A stretch of 64,000 nucleotides of DNA, from the NCBI GenBank assembly GCA_965228875.1, contig OZ245843.1, positions 1,594,616 to 1,658,615 on the forward strand. Reading direction: 5' to 3'. Positions 1 to 9,895 of the stretch are shown one piece after another. The notes beneath the pieces are model-generated. The model was not told the origin of the DNA and did not search any database. It saw only the letters and a list, made by a program, of their open reading frames with translations. Source of the stretch: Thalassobaculaceae bacterium. Its GTDB lineage: Bacteria; Pseudomonadota; Alphaproteobacteria; Thalassobaculales; Thalassobaculaceae. Position 1 is the stretch's first letter, and each line of letters begins with the position of its first letter. The position numbers and the translations under genes are program-made.

Positions 1-40
1 ACTGCTGGGCAAGCCGGGTCGGCGCTGTTCCGCGAACCAT
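1..40 (-). CDS. 5' end of a gene running off the left edge (MVRGTAPTRLAQQ...), product unknown
   Basis: ATG at 40-38 preceded by a strong SD (GGGGAGGGAG) on the minus strand; frame open to the window edge. Confidence 0.45.
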   Translation of the reverse strand, partial: MVRGTAPTRLAQQ

Positions 41-184
41 CACTCCCTCCCCGTGTAGTGACGGGGCTTTCCTTGGCCCCCTGTCCACGAGTGTGGGCGC
101 GAACGGCCCGCGGCGCACCCATGCTTTGGAGAAATTTCGCCGTCATCCGTCGGACGGCGCGTCCCGACATGTGGGGATCGCGGC

Positions 185-910
185 TCACGCCTGCGCCAGG
201 GCGGTCTCCACTTCGCGTTCCAGACGCCGGCGCAGGTCGTCGGGCAGGCGCAACGCATCGCCCAGCCGCTCCTTGTACCGGGCGTCGCCCGGAACGCCGG
301 GATCGAGAACCACGAGCGACGCGAGATAGACCTCGGTGGCCTGCGGTTCGTCGACGCACAGCGATGCGATCGCGATCGGGTCGGCCGGGCGGTCGAGCTG
401 ATGCGAAATGAAGTGCCATTCGTCCTCGGCCAGATCGGTGGCCGCGACCTGCCGGTCGATCATCGCCTGCTCGCCGACGTCGACATGACCATCGGCTAGC
501 GCTGCGCTGATCATCGCCCGGATCAGGGTGAGACGGAAATCATCGCCGCGGCTGTCCCGTAGACGCGCCGGATCGAACCCGCTGTCCGGTGGCGCGGCGG
601 CGGGCGGCGGCGCGGCGGGTGGCGGCGCGGCCGGTGCCGTCGCGGCCGGTGCCTGCGGACGGCTGGCGCGATGGTCGCTCCAGGCCTTGTAGGCAAGGCC
701 GCCTAACACCGCCAGACCGCCGTAGGTCAGTGCCTTCGAGCCGAACTTCCGCGCTTTCTTGGAGCCCAGCAGCACCGCGACAAGGCCGCCGGCCGCCGCA
801 CCTCCCATCAGTCCACCCGGCAGGTTGCCGACGCCCCCGCCGGTCGCGTTGTCCGCCCCGGCTCCCTCGCCGCTGCCAAGGAAACTGTCAACCAGCCTTC
901 GAACATCCAT
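185..910 (-). CDS. DUF533/YebE-like (TerB-family) inner-membrane protein
   Basis: Gly-rich hydrophobic N-terminus (GGAAAGGLVAVLLG...YGGLAVLGGLAYKAW), Pro/Ala linker, LIRAMISAALADGHVD and EVYLASL motifs typical of DUF533. Confidence 0.8.
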   Translation of the reverse strand: MDVRRLVDSFLGSGEGAGADNATGGGVGNLPGGLMGGAAAGGLVAVLLGSKKARKFGSKALTYGGLAVLGGLAYKAWSDHRASRPQAPAATAPAAPPPAAPPPAAAPPDSGFDPARLRDSRGDDFRLTLIRAMISAALADGHVDVGEQAMIDRQVAATDLAEDEWHFISHQLDRPADPIAIASLCVDEPQATEVYLASLVVLDPGVPGDARYKERLGDALRLPDDLRRRLEREVETALAQA

Positions 911-996
911 CGATCGTCATCTCGCCAGTGATATCGCTACTGGCGAGAATGGGAGTCAGCCGCCCGTTTTCAATAGTGTCCGACGTCCCGATCGGG

Positions 997-2202
997 TCAG
1001 TCGTTGCGGCGCAGCTCCGCCTTGGCGATCGCCTCCAGATGGACCTCGTCCGGGCCGTCGGCGAGACGCAGGGCGCGGCTGTGACCGTAGGCGTGGGCCA
1101 GGTGGAAGTCCTGGCTGACGCCGCCGCCGCCATGCACCTGGATCGCCTTGTCGATCACGTCGCAGGCCATGCGCGGGGCGATCACCTTGATCATCGCGAT
1201 CTCCTGGCGCGCGGCCTTGTTGCCGACCGTGTCCATCTTGTGCGCCGCGTAGAGCACCATCAGGCGGGCCTGGTCGATGGCGATCCGGCTCTCGGCGATG
1301 GTGTGGCGCAGCGCCCCCTGCTCCGACAGCGCCTTGCCGAAGGCGACGCGCGAGCGCGCCCGCGCCTTCATCGCCTCCAGCGCGCGCTCGGCCTGGCCGA
1401 TCAGGCGCATGCAGTGATGGATGCGCCCCGGTCCGAGGCGCCCCTGGGCGATCTCGAAGCCGCGACCCTCGCCCAGCAGGATGTTGGACGCCGGCACGCG
1501 CACATTGTCGAACGTCACCTCGGCGTGGCCGTGCGGCGCATGGTCGTAGCCGAACACGGTCAGCGCCCGCTTCACCGTCACGCCGGCAGTGTCCAGCGGC
1601 ACCAGGATCATCGACTGCTGGCGGTACTTCTCGGCGTCCGGATCGGTCTTGCCCATGAAGATCATGATCTTGCAGCGCTCGTCCAGCGCGCCCGACGTCC
1701 ACCACTTGCGGGCGTTGATCACGTAGTCGTCGCCGTCGCGGGTGATCTGCGCTTCGATATTGGTGGCGTCGGAGGACGCGACCGCCGGCTCGGTCATGGC
1801 GAAGGCTGAGCGGATCTCGCCGTTCATCAGCGGGGTCAGCCACCGCGCCTTCTGCTCCTCGGTGCCGTAACGCACGAGGACTTCCATGTTTCCGGTGTCC
1901 GGCGCCGAGCAGTTGAAGCACTCGGCACCGATCGACGACCGCCCCATGATCTCGCAGATCGCGGCGTAGTCGCGATTGGACAGGCCGGCACCGAGTTCGC
2001 TTTCGGGCAGGAACAGGTTCCACAGGCCGGCCGCCCTGGCCCTGGCCTTAAGTTCCTCCATCACCGGCGGCGCCGACCAGCGGCTCGGACCGGCGGCGAC
2101 CTGCTCCTCGTAGGTGTGTTCGGCCGGATAGACGTGCTCGTCCATGAAGGCCTGGACGCGGTTGCGGAGTTCGACCGCCTTGTCGCTCATCTCGGGGATC
2201 AT
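997..2202 (-). CDS. Acyl-CoA dehydrogenase (ACAD10/11-like)
   Basis: [53 protein letters not shown] and [11 protein letters not shown] motifs. Confidence 0.92.
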   Translation of the reverse strand: MIPEMSDKAVELRNRVQAFMDEHVYPAEHTYEEQVAAGPSRWSAPPVMEELKARARAAGLWNLFLPESELGAGLSNRDYAAICEIMGRSSIGAECFNCSAPDTGNMEVLVRYGTEEQKARWLTPLMNGEIRSAFAMTEPAVASSDATNIEAQITRDGDDYVINARKWWTSGALDERCKIMIFMGKTDPDAEKYRQQSMILVPLDTAGVTVKRALTVFGYDHAPHGHAEVTFDNVRVPASNILLGEGRGFEIAQGRLGPGRIHHCMRLIGQAERALEAMKARARSRVAFGKALSEQGALRHTIAESRIAIDQARLMVLYAAHKMDTVGNKAARQEIAMIKVIAPRMACDVIDKAIQVHGGGGVSQDFHLAHAYGHSRALRLADGPDEVHLEAIAKAELRRND

Positions 2203-2212
2203 GGACCTCTCC

Positions 2213-3343
2213 TCAACCCAGTTCGGCGAACCGGCGCAGGTGATGCGCGGCGTTGCCGAAGGTCACGTCGATCAGGCGCAACCGCTTGAAATAGTGACCG
2301 ATCGCCATCTCTTCGGTCATGCCCATGCCGCCGTGCAACTGCACCGCCTCCTCACCCACCGCCTTGCCGGCGCGGCCGATCTCGGCCTTGATCGCGGAGG
2401 CTGCGCGCGCCCGCTCGGCGCCGGAGGCGGTGTCCATCAGACCGGCGCTGCGGTAGCACAGCGCGCGCGCGAACTGGGTCTCCGACAGCATCTCCACGGC
2501 GCGGTGCTGCAGGACCTGGAAACTGGAAAGCGGCTTGCCGAACTGGGTCCGCGTCTTGAGGTACTCGGTTGTCTGTTCGACCGTCGCCGCCATGGCACCG
2601 ACCGCTTCCGCCGCCAGAGCCACGCAGGCACGGTCCAATACCGCCTCGACGATGTCGACGGCGCCGCCCATGGGACCGAGCACCGCATCGCGGCCGACCG
2701 CGACTCCGTCCAGGGTCAGATCGGCGCCGCGCAGACCGTCGATCGTCGGGTAGCTGCGCTTCGTGAGCCCCGCCGCATCGCCCGGAACCAGGAACAGGGT
2801 CACGCCATCGCGCGCGTCGTCGGCGCCGCCGGTACGGGCCGAGACGATCAGGGTGTCGGCGCAGTCGCCGTGCAGCACGACGGCTTTGTCGCCGGTCAGT
2901 GTCCAGCCGTCCTCCGTCTCCGTCGCCATGGTGGCGATACGGGACAGGTCGTAGCGGCTCGTCGGTTCGCCATGGGCCAGAGCGAGCAGATGGGTTCCAC
3001 CGGCCACCGCCGGCAGCAGCTCGGCCGCCTTCGCCGGATCGGCCCGAGCGACAGTCTCCGCGCCGAGCACGATGGTCGCCACGAACGGCTCGACCACCAG
3101 GGCCTTGCCGAACGCCTCCATCATCAGCGCCAGATCGACGGTCGACCCGCCGAGCCCGCCATGCTCCTCGGCGATCGGCAGGGCCAGCCAGCCGAGGTCG
3201 GCGAATTCCGCCCAGAGTTCCCGCGACCAGCCTCCCTCGCCCGAGCGGATGCGGGCACGCTGCTCGAAACCGTACTTGTCGGCCAGGTATCGCTCAACGC
3301 TCTCGGCCAGTTGGCGCTGGTCGTCGGTAAACGTGAAGCTCAT
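2213..3343 (-). CDS. pimD: Acyl-CoA dehydrogenase, PimD-like small subunit
   Basis: [21 protein letters not shown] and [13 protein letters not shown] motifs; the C-terminal catalytic Glu is absent (VTFGNAAHH); ATG overlaps the stop of the pimC-like gene. Confidence 0.8.
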   Translation of the reverse strand: MSFTFTDDQRQLAESVERYLADKYGFEQRARIRSGEGGWSRELWAEFADLGWLALPIAEEHGGLGGSTVDLALMMEAFGKALVVEPFVATIVLGAETVARADPAKAAELLPAVAGGTHLLALAHGEPTSRYDLSRIATMATETEDGWTLTGDKAVVLHGDCADTLIVSARTGGADDARDGVTLFLVPGDAAGLTKRSYPTIDGLRGADLTLDGVAVGRDAVLGPMGGAVDIVEAVLDRACVALAAEAVGAMAATVEQTTEYLKTRTQFGKPLSSFQVLQHRAVEMLSETQFARALCYRSAGLMDTASGAERARAASAIKAEIGRAGKAVGEEAVQLHGGMGMTEEMAIGHYFKRLRLIDVTFGNAAHHLRRFAELG

Positions 3344-4539
3344 AGGCCAAGCACCATTTTCGCGAGGATATTCTTCTGGATCTCGTTCGAGCCGCCGTAG
3401 ATCGAGGCCTTCCGCCAGTTGAAGTAAAGCGGCGCCAGGGCGGGACCGTAGTCCGGACCGACCGGCTCCTCGTTCCAGCCTTCCTCGCGGAACGCCTCCG
3501 GCTGGAACGGCGCCGCGTATGGACCGATCGCCTCCATCAGCAGGTCGGTCAGGCCCTGCTGGACCTGGGTGCCCTTGATCTTCAGGAAGGACGGCTCGGC
3601 CCCGACCGGACGGCCCTCGCTCTCGGCGTAGAGCGTGCGCAGGACCAGACTCTCCAGCGACAGCAGGTCGAGCTCGATCTGTGCCATGCGCCGGGCGAAG
3701 TCCGGATCCTCGGCCAGCGGCCTGCCGCCCGCCATCTCCGCCCGGGCGATGCCCTTGAGCTTGCGGAACTGCGCCTTCGAGCGGCCGACGGCTGCGATGC
3801 TCGTGCGCTCATGACCGAGCAGATACTTGGCGTAGGTCCAGCCCTTGTTCTCCTCGCCGACCCGGTTCCCCACCGGCACCCGCACGTCCTCGAGGAACAC
3901 GCTGTTGATCTCGACGCCGCCGTCGATCGTCGTGATCGGATGGACGCTGATTCCCGGGCTCTTCATGTCGATAAGCAGGAAGGTGATGCCCTCCTGCGGT
4001 TTTCCGGCGTCGGAGGTGCGCACCAGGGTGAACATCCAGTCGGCATGCTGGGCCAGCGTCGTCCAGGTCTTCTGGCCGTTGACGACGTAGTGGTCGCCGT
4101 CCAGCACCGCCTTGGTCCGCAGGGACGCCAGATCGGAGCCTGACCCCGGCTCGGAATACCCCTGGCACCACCAGTCGTCGGAACTCCGGATGCGCGGCAG
4201 AAACCTGTCCTTCTGCGCCTGACTGCCGAACTTCATGATGACCGGGGCGACCATGGTGACGCCGAACGGGATCACCATCGGCGCGCCGGCCAATGCACAT
4301 TCCTCGTCGAAGATGTGCTTCTGCATCGGCGTCCAGCCGGTGCCGCCGTGCTCAACCGGCCAGTTCGGCGCGATCCAGCCCTTCTCGTGCAGGACTTTCT
4401 GCCAGCGGACGTGATCGTCCTTGGCGAGGCGGAAACCGTTGCCGGTCTTCTCGGCGATGTCGGCCGGCAGCTTTTCCTGGAGGAACGCCTTCACCTCCTG
4501 GCGGAAGGCCTCTTCCTCGGGCGACAGGACCACATCCAT
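3340..4539 (-). CDS. pimC: Acyl-CoA dehydrogenase, PimC-like large subunit
   Basis: WCQGYSEPGSGSDLASL, NGQKTWTT, GWTYAKYLLGHER and SIYGGSNEIQKNI motifs. Confidence 0.85.
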   Translation of the reverse strand: MDVVLSPEEEAFRQEVKAFLQEKLPADIAEKTGNGFRLAKDDHVRWQKVLHEKGWIAPNWPVEHGGTGWTPMQKHIFDEECALAGAPMVIPFGVTMVAPVIMKFGSQAQKDRFLPRIRSSDDWWCQGYSEPGSGSDLASLRTKAVLDGDHYVVNGQKTWTTLAQHADWMFTLVRTSDAGKPQEGITFLLIDMKSPGISVHPITTIDGGVEINSVFLEDVRVPVGNRVGEENKGWTYAKYLLGHERTSIAAVGRSKAQFRKLKGIARAEMAGGRPLAEDPDFARRMAQIELDLLSLESLVLRTLYAESEGRPVGAEPSFLKIKGTQVQQGLTDLLMEAIGPYAAPFQPEAFREEGWNEEPVGPDYGPALAPLYFNWRKASIYGGSNEIQKNILAKMVLGL

Positions 4540-4551
4540 GCGGGAGCCTCC

Positions 4552-5733
4552 TCAGGCGACTTCGAACAGGCCGGCGACGCCCTGGCCGCCGCCGACGCAC
4601 ATGGTGGTCACGACGTATCTCGCGCCGCGCCGCTTGCCCTCGATCAGGGCGTGACCGACCATCCGCGCACCGGTCATGCCGTAGGGGTGGCCGATCGAGA
4701 TCGAGCCGCCGTTGACGTTCAGCCGGTCGTTCGGAATGCCGAGCTTGTCGCGGCAGTACAGGACCTGGCTGGCGAACGCCTCGTTCAGCTCCCACAGGTC
4801 GATATCGTCGATCTTCAGGCCGGCGCGCTCCAGCAGGCGCGGAACGGCGAAGACCGGGCCGATCCCCATCTCGTCCGGCTCGCAGCCGGCAACCGCCAGG
4901 CCGCGATAAATGCCGAGCGGCTCGATGTTGCGCTTCTCCGCCTCCTTGGAGTCCATGACCACGCAGGCCGACGCCCCGTCGGAGAGCTGGCTGGCATTGC
5001 CGGCGGTGATGAACTGGTCCGGGCCACGCACCGGTTCCAGGCCGGACAGGGCCTCGACCGTGGTCGTCGGCCGGTTGCCCTCGTCCTTCTCCAGCGTCAC
5101 CGCCTTCTCGCTGACCTCGCCGGTCTCCTTGTCCTTGACCAGCATCGTGCTCTGCAGCGGCACGATCTCGTCCGACACCCGGCCGGCGGCCTGGGCCTCG
5201 GCGGTGCGGCGCTGGCTCTCGGCGGCGTATTCGTCCTGCGCCTCGCGGGAGACGCCGTAGCGCGCGGCGACGATGTCGGCGGTCTCGATCATCGTCATCC
5301 AGAGCGCCGGCTTGTGCTCCATCAGCCAGCTCTCGGTCAGGTGGACCTTGTTCAGGTTGGCCTGGGTCAGGCTGATCGACTCCACACCGCCGGCGACCAT
5401 CGCCGGCACGCCGTCGACGATGACCCGCTGCGCCGCCATGGAGATCGTCTGAAGGCCGGAGCTGCAGAACCGGTTCACGGTCGTCCCGCCGGTCGTCACC
5501 GGCAGGCCCGCCCGGATCGCGGCGATGCGGGCGATGTTCTGACCGGTCGCACCTTCCGGCAGGCCGCAGCCGATGATCGCGTCCTCGATCTCCGCCGGAT
5601 CAATGCCGGAGCGTGCCACCGCATGCTTGATCGCATGGCCGGCCAGGACGGCGCCGTGGGTGTTGTTGAAAGCACCGCGGAACGCCTTGCCGATCGGCGT
5701 CCGCGCGGTGGACACGATGACCGCCTCGCGCAT
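4552..5733 (-). CDS. Acetyl-CoA C-acyltransferase (thiolase), PimB-like
   Basis: Start taken at [15 protein letters not shown] (SD AGGGAGGG); catalytic motifs NRFCSSG, NEAFA, GHPYG and MCVGGGQG. Confidence 0.92.
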   Translation of the reverse strand: MREAVIVSTARTPIGKAFRGAFNNTHGAVLAGHAIKHAVARSGIDPAEIEDAIIGCGLPEGATGQNIARIAAIRAGLPVTTGGTTVNRFCSSGLQTISMAAQRVIVDGVPAMVAGGVESISLTQANLNKVHLTESWLMEHKPALWMTMIETADIVAARYGVSREAQDEYAAESQRRTAEAQAAGRVSDEIVPLQSTMLVKDKETGEVSEKAVTLEKDEGNRPTTTVEALSGLEPVRGPDQFITAGNASQLSDGASACVVMDSKEAEKRNIEPLGIYRGLAVAGCEPDEMGIGPVFAVPRLLERAGLKIDDIDLWELNEAFASQVLYCRDKLGIPNDRLNVNGGSISIGHPYGMTGARMVGHALIEGKRRGARYVVTTMCVGGGQGVAGLFEVA

Positions 5734-5906
5734 GAGGCCCTCCCTGTTCCTGTTGCGTGGGCACCGTGGCCGGCGCCTCCGATTGTTGCAGCATCGATAG
5801 CAGGACAGTGGCCCGACGGGAACCACGTTCGTTCCCGACATCCTCTTGTGTTTGCCGCGCCAAAACGCTCTTCTCACGGCGACAAGAAGCTCCCGGGAGG
5901 ACTGGA

Positions 5907-7067
5907 ATGACCACATCGCCGCGTCTGTTCGAGCCGCTGACGATCAAGTCGACGACCATTGGAAACCGGATCGTCATCTCGCCGATGGACCAGTACTCGG
6001 CCGTCGACGGCGTGCCGAACACCTACCACCTCGTGCACTACGGCAAGTTCGCCATGGGTGGCGCCGGCGTGGTCTTCGTCGAGGCGACAGGGGTGTCCGA
6101 GGCGGGGCGGATCACCAACGGCTGCCCTGGGCTGTACACCCAGGAACAGGTGGACGGGTTCAGACCGCTCACGGACTTCATCCGCCAGCAGCGCTCGATC
6201 CCGGCGGTGCAGATCGGCCATGGCGGCCGCAAGGCCTCGACCACCCGTCCCTGGGAGGGTGGCGGTCCGGTCGGTCCGGAGCAGATCGCCCGGGGCGACC
6301 GCGCCTGGACACCGCAGGGCCCGTCCGATCTCGCGCTCTCCGAGGGCTGGCTGACGCCGAAGATGATGGACGACGCCGATCTCGCTCAGACCAAACAGGA
6401 CTTCGCCGACGCCGCCAAGCGCGCGCTGGACGCCGGATTCGAGATCGTCGAGATCCACATGGCCCACGGCTACCTGCTGCAGACGTTCCTGTCGCCGCTG
6501 TCCAACAAGCGCAACGACGCCTATGGCGGCGACCGCGAGGGGCGCATGCGCTTCCCGCTGGAAGTCGCGGAGGCCGTGCGCGACGCCTGGCCGCAGGACA
6601 AGCCGCTATTCGTGCGCATCTCCTCCGTCGACGGCATGGACGGCGGCTGGGAGATGGAGGACAGCGTCGCCCTGGCGCGGGCGCTCAAGGACCGGGGAGT
6701 GGACGTGATCGACTGCTCGTCCGGCGGCAACTCGCCCAAGGGGGCGACGAACGCCAACCTCAAGCGCGGCCCCGGCTACCAGGTGCCGTTCGCCGAGCAG
6801 ATCCGCCGGGAGGTCGATATCAAGACCATGGCGGTCGGCCTGATCCGCACGCCGGAATTCGCCGAGCAGGTGCTGCAGGAGGAGCGCGCCGACCTGGTGG
6901 CCATCGGGCGCCAGGCGCTGGTCGATCCGTTCTGGCCGCTGCACGCCGCCCAGCACTTCGACATCGATCCCGATTTCGAGAAATGGCCGCACCAGTACGC
7001 CTGGTGGCTGGAGAAGTGGGACAAGGGCCTTCGCGCCTACGAAGCCAAGCAGAACGCGGCCGACTGA
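5907..7067 (+). CDS. NADH:flavin oxidoreductase / Old Yellow Enzyme (NamA/YqjM-like)
   Basis: SD GGGAGG before ATG 5907; [44 protein letters not shown] and AIGRQAL motifs. Confidence 0.9.
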   Translation: MTTSPRLFEPLTIKSTTIGNRIVISPMDQYSAVDGVPNTYHLVHYGKFAMGGAGVVFVEATGVSEAGRITNGCPGLYTQEQVDGFRPLTDFIRQQRSIPAVQIGHGGRKASTTRPWEGGGPVGPEQIARGDRAWTPQGPSDLALSEGWLTPKMMDDADLAQTKQDFADAAKRALDAGFEIVEIHMAHGYLLQTFLSPLSNKRNDAYGGDREGRMRFPLEVAEAVRDAWPQDKPLFVRISSVDGMDGGWEMEDSVALARALKDRGVDVIDCSSGGNSPKGATNANLKRGPGYQVPFAEQIRREVDIKTMAVGLIRTPEFAEQVLQEERADLVAIGRQALVDPFWPLHAAQHFDIDPDFEKWPHQYAWWLEKWDKGLRAYEAKQNAAD

Positions 7068-7074
7068 CCTCACC

Positions 7075-7593
7075 GTGGTCGAGATCCGCGACAGCCGGGA
7101 GGACGACGCAGCGGCGCTCGAAACGCTTTACGCGTCAGCCTTCCCGGACGAGGACCTCGTCCCGCTGCTGAGAGCGCTGCTGCGGGCGGAAGAGGAGGTC
7201 CTCTCGCTGGTCGCGACGGTCGATCGGACGACCGTCGGGCACGTCGCCTTCACGGCGTGCGACATTGGGGACTACGAGGCAGGGGCGGCTCTCCTCGGAC
7301 CGCTTGCCGTCGCACCCGACCGTCAGCGCGAGGGCATCGGAAGTAGGCTGGTCCGGGCCGGGCTGCACAGGCTGGGCGAGGCCGGCGTCGGTCGGGTCTT
7401 CGTGCTCGGCGACCCGGCCTACTACGCCCGCTTCGGGTTTGCTCCCGACGGTCGGGTACACCCGCCCTACCCGATTCCGCCGGCATGGGCGGAAGCCTGG
7501 CAGTCGGTCGGCCTCGGCCAGGATCCGTCCTCGCCGGAGGGCACCCTCGCGGTACCGCCAGCCTGGCAGAAACCCGATCTGTGGATGCCCTGA
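7075..7593 (+). CDS. GNAT N-acetyltransferase (YhbS-like)
   Basis: LGPLAVAPDRQREGIGSRLV acetyl-CoA motif; VLGDPAYYARFGF. Confidence 0.88.
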   Translation: MVEIRDSREDDAAALETLYASAFPDEDLVPLLRALLRAEEEVLSLVATVDRTTVGHVAFTACDIGDYEAGAALLGPLAVAPDRQREGIGSRLVRAGLHRLGEAGVGRVFVLGDPAYYARFGFAPDGRVHPPYPIPPAWAEAWQSVGLGQDPSSPEGTLAVPPAWQKPDLWMP

Positions 7594-7606
7594 CGGCGGC
7601 AGTTCC

Positions 7607-7741
7607 CTACTCCTTGGAGGTCGGCTTTTGTTTTTCCCCGTTGGCGTCCGGCGCCTTCGGGCGCGGCGGCGCGGAGAACGGCACCGTGGCCGGGTTCAGC
7701 GGATCGACAGGATGCTCCGGCGGGTTGGTCTTGTCGGCCAT
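7607..7741 (-). CDS. Small Pro-rich hypothetical protein, 44 aa (MADKTNPPEHPVDPLNPATVPFSAPPRPKAPDANGEKQKPTSKE)
   Basis: Below the ORF-track length cutoff; strong SD AAGAGGAG about 8 nt before ATG; GC3-rich codons; fills an otherwise empty gap. Confidence 0.6.
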   Translation of the reverse strand: MADKTNPPEHPVDPLNPATVPFSAPPRPKAPDANGEKQKPTSKE

Positions 7742-7801
7742 GGAATAATCTCCTCTTGGGTTGCGTCTGTTCCTTCAGACCGTCGGACATGCCCCGCTAT
7801 T

Positions 7802-7833
7802 CCCCCGACACCGCATCGATGCGGTGTCGGGGG
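7802..7833. repeat. Perfect 32-bp palindrome CCCCCGACACCGCATCGATGCGGTGTCGGGGG
   Basis: Read directly; lies between the divergent 44-aa ORF and csbD. Confidence 0.9.
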
Positions 7834-7882
7834 TGGAAATGCGGGCAACCCCGACACCCGCAACCCGACCCGAGAGGCAGAG

Positions 7883-8080
7883 ATGAACTGGGACCAGATC
7901 GCCGGCAATTGGAAGTCGTTCAAGGGCAAGGCGCAGCAGCAGTGGGGAGAGCTCTCCGGCGACGACCTCGACCGGATCGACGGCAAGCAGACCGAGCTCG
8001 AAGGTCTTATCCAGGAGCGCTACGGCAAGACCCGCGAAGAGGCGAAGCAGGCCGTGAAGGACTGGGCCGACAAGCTCTGA
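7883..8080 (+). CDS. csbD: CsbD/YjbJ family general stress protein, 65 aa
   Basis: MNWDQIAGNWKSFKGKAQQQWGELSGDDLD...LQERYG-like signature (IQERYG here); SD GAGAGG. Confidence 0.92.
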   Translation: MNWDQIAGNWKSFKGKAQQQWGELSGDDLDRIDGKQTELEGLIQERYGKTREEAKQAVKDWADKL

Positions 8081-8101
8081 TCGCCGCGCCTGAGAAACAC
8101 G

Positions 8102-8136
8102 GAAGGCCGCATGAACCCCATGCGGCCTTCTTTTTT
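8102..8136 (+). terminator. Rho-independent terminator after csbD
   Basis: GAAGGCCGCATG-AACCC-CATGCGGCCTTC stem followed by TTTTTT. Confidence 0.88.
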
Positions 8137-8156
8137 CGCTGCCACCATAAACGCCG

Positions 8157-8370
8157 TCAGATTTCCGCGTAGATCTTGATCACATTGTTCTCGGGATCGC
8201 GGAAGAACAGGGTACGGTTCAGCAGCGCCGCCCCGACCGGAAACTGATCCAGTCTCCGGTATCGATCTCGACGGGAAACCCCATCACCCCCCGTAGAACC
8301 GCCGGGTCGCGGCCATGGTCGTGCAGAGGATGACGGCGAAGTCGAGACTGTGGTTGTCCTTCAGGCCCAC
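8157..8370 (-). pseudogene. Degraded VOC/glyoxalase-family gene
   Basis: Fragments in shifting frames: (V)GLKDNHSLDFAVILCTTMAATRRFY / VMGFPVEIDTGDWISF / VGAALLNRTLFFRDPENNVIKIYAEI*. Both VOC termini are present, the middle is missing, and there are two frameshifts. Confidence 0.7.
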
Positions 8371-8377
8371 CGCCCCC

Positions 8378-8866
8378 TCACTCCGCAACGATATACACGG
8401 CGATCGCCTGGGCGACGCAGGCCGGTTTTTCGCCGCCCTCGACCTCGACGGTCACCGTGAAGTGCGCGCGGATCGTGTCCGGTTTCTGCCGGACCACCTG
8501 ATCCAGTACCACCCGGCCGCGGATCCTCGCGCCGGCCGGTACCGGGGCGATGAAGCGGACCTTGTCGAGCCCGTAGTTGATGCCGGTGGTGCGCGGCATC
8601 AGCGTATAGGCCTCCGCCATGATCCGCGGCAGCATCGACAGGGTCAGGTAACCGTGGGCGATCGTCGTCCCGTAGGGCGACTCCGACCTGGCGCGCGGCA
8701 CGTCGAGATGGATCCACTGCCGATCGTCGGTCGCCTCGGCGAACATGTCGATCCGGGCCTGATCGATCTCGATCCAGCCGCTGACCCCGATCTCCGAGCC
8801 GGCACAGGTTTCGAACGCCGCGACCGTCTCGAAGATCCGCGGCCCCGTCCCCTCGCCCTCAGGCAC
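8378..8866 (-). CDS. MaoC/NodN-like dehydratase
   Basis: FAEATDDRQWIHLD, TIAHGYLTLS and NYGLDKVRFIAPV motifs. Confidence 0.9.
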   Translation of the reverse strand: MPEGEGTGPRIFETVAAFETCAGSEIGVSGWIEIDQARIDMFAEATDDRQWIHLDVPRARSESPYGTTIAHGYLTLSMLPRIMAEAYTLMPRTTGINYGLDKVRFIAPVPAGARIRGRVVLDQVVRQKPDTIRAHFTVTVEVEGGEKPACVAQAIAVYIVAE

Positions 8867-9884
8867 GCGACGGATCCTCGCCGACGCGGATCAGCTGCTT
8901 GCCGAAGTTCTCGCCCTTCAGCAGGCCGATAAAGGTCTTCGGCGCGTTCTCCAGCCCGTCGACGATGTCCTCGCGGTACTTGAGCTCGCCGGAGCGGATG
9001 TAGCCGCCGACCTCCTTGATGAAATCGCCGAAGCGGTCCCACCGGTCGGTCACGATGAAGCCCTGGATCAGCAGCCGGTCGGTCAGGATCTGACGCATCA
9101 GGCTGGCCCGGCTCGGTCCGTCGGCCAGCGACGTGGCATTGTACTGGGAGATCATGCCGCAGACAGGGACGCGGCCGAACGGGTTCATCAGCTTCAGCAC
9201 CGAGTCGAGGGTCGCGCCGCCGACATTCTCGAAATACACGTCCACCCCGTTCGGGCAGGCCGACGCCAGATCCTCCTTCAGCGTCGATGAGCGGTGCGAG
9301 ACGCAGGCGTCGAACCCGAGTTCCTCCGTCACGAAAGCCATCTTCTCCGGCGATCCCGCGACGCCGACCGCCCGCGCGCCCTTGATCTTCGCAAGCTGAC
9401 CGACGACCGAGCCGACGGCGCCGGAGGCGGCGGACACCACGACCGTCTCACCTTCCTTCGGCTGACCGATGTCGAGCAGTCCGACATAGGCGGTCAGCCC
9501 CGGCATGCCAAGCACGCCGACGGCGGTGGAGATCGGCGCGTCGGCCGGATCGAGCTTGCGCAATCCCTTGCCATCGACGACGTCGGCGCTCTGCCAACCG
9601 GACATCGACAGGACATAGTCGCCCTCGGCGAATTTCGGATGCTTCGACGCCGTCACCTGGCAGACGGTACCGCCGGTAATCACGCCACCGATCTCCACCG
9701 GCGTGGCGTAGGAGCGCGCATCGCTCATCCGCCCGCGCATATATGGGTCCAGCGACAGGTAGATGGTGCGCAGCGCCACCTGCCCCTCGCCGACCTCCGG
9801 CAGGTCGGTCTCCACCGTTTCGAAGTCGCTTGCCACGGGCTCGCCCTGCGGCCGGGAGGCAAGTCGGATCTGGATGCTCTTCAT
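8859..9884 (-). CDS. NADP-dependent oxidoreductase (CurA/prostaglandin reductase family)
   Basis: YLSLDPYMRGRM, GMPGLTAYVGL, VSAASGAVGSVVGQ and GENFGKQL motifs. Confidence 0.92.
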   Translation of the reverse strand: MKSIQIRLASRPQGEPVASDFETVETDLPEVGEGQVALRTIYLSLDPYMRGRMSDARSYATPVEIGGVITGGTVCQVTASKHPKFAEGDYVLSMSGWQSADVVDGKGLRKLDPADAPISTAVGVLGMPGLTAYVGLLDIGQPKEGETVVVSAASGAVGSVVGQLAKIKGARAVGVAGSPEKMAFVTEELGFDACVSHRSSTLKEDLASACPNGVDVYFENVGGATLDSVLKLMNPFGRVPVCGMISQYNATSLADGPSRASLMRQILTDRLLIQGFIVTDRWDRFGDFIKEVGGYIRSGELKYREDIVDGLENAPKTFIGLLKGENFGKQLIRVGEDPSRA

Positions 9885-9895
9885 CGTTCGGTTCC

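Noticed and set aside
7741..7883. sigma-EcfG promoter (GGAAC-N16/17-CGTT) for csbD or the small ORF
   Set aside because: GGAAC/GGAAAT are present but I found no correctly spaced CGTT.
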